Assembly (NCBI GenBank): GCA_937899905.1
Contig: CALCCF010000031.1
Span: 3,612 to 67,611, forward strand
Length of the DNA stretch: 64,000 bases
Source of the DNA: an uncultured Phycisphaeraceae bacterium
Lineage (GTDB): Bacteria; Planctomycetota; Phycisphaerae; Phycisphaerales; UBA1924
Reading direction: 5' to 3'
Shown piece by piece: positions 56,767 through 64,000 of the stretch. How positions within the stretch are numbered: the stretch's first letter is position 1; each line of letters starts with the position of its first letter. Made by a program: the position numbers and the translations under genes. The notes beneath the pieces were generated by a model that was not told the origin of the DNA, made no database searches, and saw nothing but the letters and a program-made list of their open reading frames with translations.

Positions 56767-57045
56767 ATGCCCTACGAATGCCACTTTACCGGACGCAAGA
56801 CCCGCTTTGGCAAGTCCAAGGCCTACGGCGGCGCCAAGATCTCCAAGGGCGGCTTCGGCCTGAAGACCACCGGCATCACCCGCCGAACCTTCCGCCCCAA
56901 CCTCCAGAAGGTCCACGCCGTCATCGATGGCAAGCCCACGCGCGTGCTGGCCAGCACCAAGGCCATCAAGAGCGGCTTGGTCGTCAAGCCCCTCAAGCGC
57001 AAGTACGGCTACACCCGCCAGCAGAAGGAACAAGCCGGCGAGTGA
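56767..57045 (+). CDS. rpmB: 50S ribosomal protein L28
   Basis: The internal ATG at 56767 lies within a longer shadow ORF. MPYECHFTGRKTRFG...RRTFRPNLQKVHAVIDGKPTRVLASTKAIKSG follows the L28 pattern C..TGK...G......R.F.PNLQ, with a short insertion. Confidence 0.75.
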   Translation: MPYECHFTGRKTRFGKSKAYGGAKISKGGFGLKTTGITRRTFRPNLQKVHAVIDGKPTRVLASTKAIKSGLVVKPLKRKYGYTRQQKEQAGE

Positions 57046-57165
57046 GCCGGTTCCGCTCGACGGCCTCCCGTAGCGCGTGAGCGGTCTTCCCGATTCCCAG
57101 CACTCCTCTCGCGTCGCGTGCTCATAGCATGAGCTTGGCGGCTTGTTGCGTTCCCATTGGACGCA

Positions 57166-57747
57166 ATGCCCAACGCCCGATACGAGGTGAGCCTGGTGAA
57201 GTGCGACCTGTGCGATGCCGAAGCAACCGTCCATGAGACGCAGATCGTCAACGGGCAGGTGCGCGTTCGCCGCCTGTGCGAGCGGCACGCGGCCGAGCTC
57301 GGCCTCACCGGGGTGGGTTCCGAGCCCGTCTCGGGCGCCGGTTCCACCGTCGTGCTCAGCATGAACAAGCCGGGCACGACGCTCCGGTGTGGATCGTGCG
57401 GCCTGTCGTACGCCGCTTTCCGGCAGAACGGCCTGCTCGGCTGCTCCAACTGCTACGAGGTCTTCGAGGACAAGCTCACGCCGCTGATCGAGCGGGCCCA
57501 CCAGGGCGGCACCCACCACATCGGAAAGACCCCCGTGCGCATGCTCGCCGCGGCGCAGGGCGGTGATGTGCAGGCCGTCGAACGTGTACTCGGCAGCGCC
57601 CGCGAGCGCGCCGAGCGCATCGCGCTGCTGCGCAAGCAGCTCGAGGACGCCCTCGCCAACGAGCAGTACGAGCGGGCCGCCACGCTGCGCGACGAGCTCC
57701 GCCGTTCCGAGGCCGAAGAAGCCGGCCCCGAGGGTGAGCCGGCATGA
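57166..57747 (+). CDS. mcsA: Protein-arginine kinase activator McsA-like (zinc fingers plus UVR motif)
   Basis: CDLCDAEATVHETQIV...RRLCERH, LRCGSCGLSYAAFRQNGLLGCSNCYEVFEDKLTPLIERAHQGGTHHIGK and the UVR motif LEDALANEQYERAATLRDELRR are present. An alternative start is TTG at 57157. Confidence 0.8.
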   Translation: MPNARYEVSLVKCDLCDAEATVHETQIVNGQVRVRRLCERHAAELGLTGVGSEPVSGAGSTVVLSMNKPGTTLRCGSCGLSYAAFRQNGLLGCSNCYEVFEDKLTPLIERAHQGGTHHIGKTPVRMLAAAQGGDVQAVERVLGSARERAERIALLRKQLEDALANEQYERAATLRDELRRSEAEEAGPEGEPA

Positions 57748-58991
57748 ACACCGGCGGCCTGGGTCCATCCGGCGGTGGCAACGCGCCCGGCGACGTCCGC
57801 AACGGCGGTGTCGATCCCGATTCGGGCCGCGCGTCAGATGTCGTTGTCTCGAGCCGCGTCCGGCTCGCGCGCAACCTCGCCGGCTTCCGCTTCCCCAACC
57901 GCGCGCCCGCCAGCGAACGGACGGCCGTGGTCGTCAAGCTCAAGCCCATCGTGCTCGGTGCCCGGCTGAGCGCCCAGACCGAATGGGTCGACCTGACCTC
58001 GACCACGCCCATGCACCGGATGTCGCTGGTCGAAGAACGCCTGATCAGCCGCCACCATGCCATGGGCAAGGCCGGCGAGCCCATGCACGGGCGTGCCGTC
58101 GCGATCGGCCTGCCCGACCGCCGCCTCTCGATCATGATCAACGAGGAGGACCACCTCCGCCTCCAGGCCATCCGCCCGGGGTTCGACCTTTCCGGCGTCG
58201 TCGAAGAGATCGAGCACGCCGACGACGCCATCGAGCAGAAGGCCGACTACGCGTTCAGCCCCAGGTTCGGGTACCTATCGGCATGCCCGACCAACGTGGG
58301 CACCGGCGTGCGTCTGAGCGTCATGCTCCATCTCCCCGCGCTCAAGATCACGCGTGAGCTCGAGAAGGTGAAGCGGGCCGCTGACGACCTTGGGCTTACC
58401 GTCCGCGGCTCCTACGGCGAGGGCACCGAGGCCACGGGCGACTTCTATCAGATCAGCAACCAGACCACCATCGGCAAGAGCGAGGCCGTCCTGCTCCGCG
58501 AGATGGAGTCCGAGATCATCCCCTCGGTCATCGCGTACGAACGCACCGCTCGGGAGCGCCTGATCAAGGGCGGCCGCCGCGGCATGGAAGACCAGGCCTG
58601 GCGGGCCGTGGGCCTGCTCCTGCACGCGCGGCTCCTGAGCACCGAGGAAGCCACGAAAATGCTCAGCCGCATCCGCCTGGGCATTGCGCTCGGGCTGATT
58701 CCAGGACTCCGACTTCCGCTGATCCAGCAGCTACTTATCGCGTCTCAGCCGGCGCACATCCAGATGGCGATCGGTCAGGAGCTCACGCAGGAGCAGCGAC
58801 GCGAAGCACGCGCCGCCCTGCTCCGCAGCAAGCTCGGCGAGGCGTTCGCGACCAAACGCCCGCCATCGAGGCTCATCCGTCCCGGCTCGGCGGAAGCCAA
58901 GCCCGAGCCGCCCGTCGGCCCGAGCAATCGGCCGGTCAAAAGGCCACCCGAGCCCGGTCAACCAGGGCCAGGCAACGGCGACAACCGCTAG
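57744..58991 (+). CDS. mcsB: Protein-arginine kinase McsB (ATP:guanido phosphotransferase) with a Pro-rich C-terminal tail
   Basis: SSRVRLARNLAGFRFPN, NEEDHLRLQAI, SACPTNVGTGVRLSVMLHLPAL and SYGEGTEATGDFYQISNQTTIGKSE are present. There is an ATGA overlap with mcsA. Confidence 0.9.
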   Translation: MNTGGLGPSGGGNAPGDVRNGGVDPDSGRASDVVVSSRVRLARNLAGFRFPNRAPASERTAVVVKLKPIVLGARLSAQTEWVDLTSTTPMHRMSLVEERLISRHHAMGKAGEPMHGRAVAIGLPDRRLSIMINEEDHLRLQAIRPGFDLSGVVEEIEHADDAIEQKADYAFSPRFGYLSACPTNVGTGVRLSVMLHLPALKITRELEKVKRAADDLGLTVRGSYGEGTEATGDFYQISNQTTIGKSEAVLLREMESEIIPSVIAYERTARERLIKGGRRGMEDQAWRAVGLLLHARLLSTEEATKMLSRIRLGIALGLIPGLRLPLIQQLLIASQPAHIQMAIGQELTQEQRREARAALLRSKLGEAFATKRPPSRLIRPGSAEAKPEPPVGPSNRPVKRPPEPGQPGPGNGDNR

Positions 58992-59003
58992 CACGGGGGC
59001 GCG

Positions 59004-59861
59004 ATGTCACGCGGGGGTGTGGCCAACCTGATCCGGATCGGCGCGACGCATATCGAGCGCACGATGCTCAGCGATCGCGATGGGCCGGTGCAAGAACTCT
59101 TGAACACCGGCTTCGTCGCCGACGATCCGTCTGCGTACTGCCCGAGGTGCGGTCTGGGCATGGGCCCCAACGAGTTCGTCGACGGCACGTGCTCCGCCTG
59201 CCGGCGCGCGAAGCTTCCCTGGGGCGGCGTCGTCCGACTGGGTCCGTACGAGCCGCATCTGCGAGAACCGATCCACCAGTTCAAGTTCGATCGCTGGCAC
59301 GCGGTGGGGGAGCATCTGGGCAGGGCCCTGGGCGCAACCGTTGCCGAACGGCTGCAACTCGTGGCCGAGCAAGCGGGCGAGCCAGTCTCTGCGATCACCA
59401 GCCGGACGGTCGTGGTGCCCGTGCCCATGAGCTTCTGGCGTCGGGCCAGCCGGGGCATCGACCACGCCGGCTGCCTGGGGCGCTCGGTCGCGCAGGGAGC
59501 AGGCCTGCGGCTTGGGCATTGGCTCCTCCGCCGGCACCGCCCCGCGCAGACCGGCCTTTCCGAGGCGGCTCGAAAGAAGAACCTCCGCGGAGCCATGAGG
59601 CCCCGCATCGCCCCAGACCAGATGGGCGATCCCCGGGTGATCGTGCTCGTCGACGATGTCATGACGACCGGGTCCACGATCCACGAAGCATGCCGGGTTC
59701 TGCACGAGATGGCTAGGGCCCGGCCCGGCGACGCGCAGGAGCCGCCGGCCATCCTTGTCGCGACCGTTGCGGTTTCGGGGTCCAAGCCGCGTAGGAGCGC
59801 CCCAACGCCCCTCGTGCGGTCGCTCCCGGCTGCGGACGCCGCGATGGTCCAAAAAAAGTGA
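59004..59861 (+). CDS. comF: ComF family protein (phosphoribosyltransferase domain)
   Basis: The N-terminal Cys pairs are CPRCG...CSACRR. FKFDRWHAVGEHLGRALG, VPVPMSFWRRASRGIDHA and the PRTase motif VIVLVDDVMTTGSTIHEA are present. Confidence 0.8.
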   Translation: MSRGGVANLIRIGATHIERTMLSDRDGPVQELLNTGFVADDPSAYCPRCGLGMGPNEFVDGTCSACRRAKLPWGGVVRLGPYEPHLREPIHQFKFDRWHAVGEHLGRALGATVAERLQLVAEQAGEPVSAITSRTVVVPVPMSFWRRASRGIDHAGCLGRSVAQGAGLRLGHWLLRRHRPAQTGLSEAARKKNLRGAMRPRIAPDQMGDPRVIVLVDDVMTTGSTIHEACRVLHEMARARPGDAQEPPAILVATVAVSGSKPRRSAPTPLVRSLPAADAAMVQKK

Positions 59862-59881
59862 AGGATCTGGCCTTCGCTAGC

Positions 59882-59909
59882 TTGACGAACGCTTGTGCCC
59901 GTGTATTAT
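59882..59909 (+). promoter_or_regulatory. Sigma-70-type promoter candidate for the 16S rRNA gene (-35 TTGACG, 16-nt spacer, -10 TATTAT)
   Basis: Read directly from the sequence: CTTGACGaacgcttgtgcccgtgTATTATc. It lies 20 nt after the comF stop and about 400 nt upstream of the mature 16S 5' end. Confidence 0.55.
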
Positions 59910-60306
59910 CTCCACCGCTTCTGGCAGCCGCCAAAAGCGGGTCGAGCAACGAAACGCGGACGCGAATCGACGCTCACGCTCTTTGAAATCAAAGCGGTCG
60001 AGATGCCCTCGAGAGTGTGAGGCCTTACCACTGCGGATCATCACCCGCAAACCCCGACCCGGGGTCGGTAAGGCCGGTCAAACCGGTGGTCGGGATTTTC
60101 ACAGGTCCTGGCCGTTGGCGCACTCTCGTGATGAATTTGAGTACGCCAACGAAATCCCGTCGCCTTGCCGGCGGCGGGCTGCGAGCGTCCACGCAAGTGG
60201 GTGTTCGTGGGTATGACCGGCCGCGGCTATTTCGACAGGGATAGATGCGGTTCGACGGATCGTTCTGAAATTGCCGGCAACCGGGCGAAAGCTCGGGTGT
60301 CGCTTC

Positions 60307-61785
<1,479 letters not shown>

Positions 61786-61968
61786 GATTTCCTTAGACTC
61801 GCGGGACACGCCATTTGACCAGCGTGGACCACGGAGTGCGAACTCCAGCGAGAAGATCAAAAACACGTCAGTACACTCTCGTTCGCACCGCGCCAACGCA
61901 AGTTGGCACAACGCGACGAGCCGATCGGCGACGATCGGCGAGGAAAATCTCGACCGCTACGATCTGAG

Positions 61969-62001
61969 ACGGCCCGGAGTAATCCGGGCCGTTTTCTTTT
62001 T
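61969..62001 (+). terminator. Rho-independent terminator downstream of the 16S gene
   Basis: A perfect 10-bp stem ACGGCCCGGA / TCCGGGCCGT with loop GTAA is followed by TTTCTTTTT. Confidence 0.8.
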
Positions 62002-62085
62002 GCCCCAAGCCGTTTTTGACTCGGCCAACTGGGGGCCGTCGCTCGGTCTCCCTATCCTGATTCCAGGAAGGATCCACACCACTCC

Positions 62086-62559
62086 ATGCCGCACACGGAC
62101 GCCAACGACCAGCCAATCAAGCTCGACACCCAGTCGGCCACCCGTCGTGGAAACACCGACGACGCCCGGGCCCTTGGCGTCGAAATGTGCCGCATGCTGT
62201 CCGACGACAAGTGCGAACGCATCGAGCTGCTGGACGTCTCTGGGCTCAGCCCGGTCACCGACTACATCATCATCGCTTCGGGCACCAGCGACCGCCAGAT
62301 GAACGCCGTGCTCGACCATGCGATGGAATTGGCCGAGGGAGCGGGCATGGCGGCCGTACGCCAGGCCCGCGACGAGAACAGCACGTGGCTGCTGGCCGAT
62401 TTCGTCGACGTCGTGCTCCACCTCTTCGAGCCCAACACCCGCGCCCACTACGACGTCGAGAGCCTCTATCCCGACGCGCAGGAGATCGCCTGGCAACGGC
62501 CCGACCAGGTCGACCGCAACCGCGCTGGCCTCCGACCCGACGAGAACTTCCCGCAATGA
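62086..62559 (+). CDS. rsfS: Ribosome silencing factor RsfS
   Basis: IELLDVSGLSPVTDYIIIASGTSDRQMNAV and WLLADFVDVVLHLFEPNTRAHYDVESLY are present. Confidence 0.85.
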   Translation: MPHTDANDQPIKLDTQSATRRGNTDDARALGVEMCRMLSDDKCERIELLDVSGLSPVTDYIIIASGTSDRQMNAVLDHAMELAEGAGMAAVRQARDENSTWLLADFVDVVLHLFEPNTRAHYDVESLYPDAQEIAWQRPDQVDRNRAGLRPDENFPQ

Positions 62560-63713
62560 CCGCGCCGGTCCGCGTGGCCCTCGCCGAGCGCAGCTACGAC
62601 GTCCACGTCGGCCGAGGTCTGCTCGTCAAACTCGGCGATGCTGTCACCCGCGTGCTCGATGCAAGACGCGTCCACATCTTCGAAGACGCCGGCTTACCGC
62701 AAAGCGCTCGTGACTCGGCGGCATCCTCCTTCGGTTCGCTCTCGGTCTCGCGCAGCGCGTACAGGCTCAATGAGAGCACTAAGAGCCTCGACACGCTTCA
62801 AGAGATGCTCGTCGAACTCGCCGAGGCCCGTCTCGAGCGCACAGACGCGGTCATCGCGCTCGGTGGCGGCATCCTTGGTGACGTCGCCGGCTTGGCCGCT
62901 GCGCTACACCGTCGCGGTGTCGCCGTGGTCCAGTGCCCGACAACGCTGCTCTCGATGGTCGACGCTTCGGTTGGTGGTAAGACCGGCGTCAATCTTCACG
63001 CCTCCATCGACGGCGAAAGCGTGCTGCTCAAGAACGCCGTCGGCCAGTTCTACCAGCCCGCCCTCGTCGTTGCGGATGTCGATGTGCTCGACTCATTGCC
63101 AATGCGCGAACGCCGCTGCGGTCTTGCCGAGTGCATCAAGCACGCCGTGATCGCCGCCGGTGATCCCGAGTCGAAGCTCTCGCTCGGCGAGGTTGGGTCG
63201 GCTATGGATGCCGTGCTCGCGGGCGAGTGGCCGACCGTGGCCGACTTCGTTCGCGAGAACGTGGCGCTCAAGGCCCGCGTCGTGGCCGCCGACGAACGCG
63301 AGAGCGCCGCTTCCGATGCACCCGGTCGCCGCGCGCTCAACTTAGGCCACACCTTTGCGCACGCCATCGAGTCCAATACCGACACTCGCGTGGATGTTGA
63401 CAACTCGTCGGCCCACCCCGCGCACGGCGAGGCGGTCGGGCTTGGCCTGCTCGCGGCCGCCCGGCTGGCGGAAATCACGCTTGGCCAGGATGACGGCCTG
63501 CGGCGAGAAATCACCGCCGCGTTGGCCCGCGCTGGGCTCCCAACCAGACTCTCGGCCGCGCCACACGCAAAGAGCCTCATCGCCGCCATGCGACAAGACA
63601 AAAAGGCCCGCTCGGGCCGATTGCGTCTCGTTTTACCCACACGCGATGGCGTGAAAATGCTGGATGACCCCGGTGATGCTCCCCTGGCTGAGGCATGTGC
63701 ATCGATCGCCTGA
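62556..63713 (+). CDS. aroB: 3-dehydroquinate synthase
   Basis: The internal ATG at 62556 overlaps the rsfS stop (ATGA). ALGGGILGDVAGLAAALHRRGVAVVQCPTTLLSMVDASVGGKTGVNL, LNLGHTFAHAIE and HGEAVGLGL are present. Confidence 0.9.
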   Translation: MTAPVRVALAERSYDVHVGRGLLVKLGDAVTRVLDARRVHIFEDAGLPQSARDSAASSFGSLSVSRSAYRLNESTKSLDTLQEMLVELAEARLERTDAVIALGGGILGDVAGLAAALHRRGVAVVQCPTTLLSMVDASVGGKTGVNLHASIDGESVLLKNAVGQFYQPALVVADVDVLDSLPMRERRCGLAECIKHAVIAAGDPESKLSLGEVGSAMDAVLAGEWPTVADFVRENVALKARVVAADERESAASDAPGRRALNLGHTFAHAIESNTDTRVDVDNSSAHPAHGEAVGLGLLAAARLAEITLGQDDGLRREITAALARAGLPTRLSAAPHAKSLIAAMRQDKKARSGRLRLVLPTRDGVKMLDDPGDAPLAEACASIA

Positions 63714-63901
63714 AGCCGTCGCGGTGAGATCGGTCTCGCAATGAAGCTAAACCCTGGTCCTAGCGGCGACTTGGGCACGCCTTAGTTGCAGGCCGGCATG
63801 CGAACATCCCGATAACGCCGACGGAAGGGTTGACAGAGGGAGGCTTGTCTGGCTGTGTAAGCGCCACGTCTTGGTCGAGTGTGTCTGCAGGGCGGTACCC
63901 A

Positions 63902-64000
63902 ATGCGCACCATCGCCATCGTGAACCAGAAGGGTGGTTGTGGCAAGACCACGACCGCGATCAACCTCTCGGGCGCACTGGCGGCGCGCGGCAAGCGGGTG
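63902..64000 (+). CDS. parA: ParA/Soj-family ATPase, N-terminal fragment (runs off the window)
   Basis: [33 protein letters not shown] contains the deviant Walker A KGGxGKT. Confidence 0.75.
   Translation, partial: MRTIAIVNQKGGCGKTTTAINLSGALAARGKRV

Noticed and set aside
63714-63901. A search for a parS site (TGTTNCACGTGAAACA) and a promoter upstream of parA.
   Set aside because: Only a TTGACA hexamer without a convincing -10 was seen, and no parS-like palindrome. Nothing is worth annotating.

Overview
This is a high-GC bacterial chromosome segment. Spot counts on single 60-nt lines give about 70-75% GC in core genes. The 16S rRNA gene at 60307-61781 carries planctomycete-type signatures (CTGCAGCGACGAATCTTCCGCAATG, GGGGGCTCACACAAGCGGTGGAGCATG), so I read it as Planctomycetota, probably Phycisphaerae-like. 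All calls come from reading the translated ORFs and the DNA by eye; no searches were run.

Housekeeping content:
- Glycogen genes malQ and GH57, an LpxH-like gene, and pxpBCA.
- dnaK, a futalosine-pathway radical SAM gene, rnpA-yidD, mutS, pgmB and cdsA.
- rpmA, dnaA with a candidate oriC upstream, a DegT aminotransferase and rpmB.
- mcsA-mcsB, comF, a stand-alone 16S gene, rsfS-aroB and the start of parA.

Accessory and unusual content:
1. Five secreted proteins between 10 and 32 kb have unrelated N-terminal cargo (FG-GAP, a roughly 57-aa-repeat propeller, jelly-roll-like). All end in the same Cys-bracketed double F-hand, dockerin-like module terminating in GC. A PEP-CTERM-like protein lies in the same neighbourhood.
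2. A translationally coupled ECF sigma / Ser-Thr kinase pair sits directly upstream of that surface-protein cluster.
3. A lower-GC patch (17.0-21.1 kb) holds a signal-less S1 protease with a poly-acidic N-terminus, a small downstream ORF, and an orphan barstar-family gene coupled to an unknown ORF.
4. A lower-GC minus-strand block (39.3-44.1 kb) holds an Upf1-like SF1 helicase ATGA-coupled to a tiny wHTH protein, plus two tandem paralogous secreted proteins. It lies downstream of an SNF2 / degenerate-SWIM pair and a tRNA-Lys.
5. A KAS-like protein lacks the catalytic Cys and the second His.
6. Two inverted arrays of 4 x CCCATTG heptamers lie in the 3' extension of rnpA.

No CRISPR array, transposase or integrase was seen. 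The long antisense ORFs in the track are treated as high-GC shadow ORFs.
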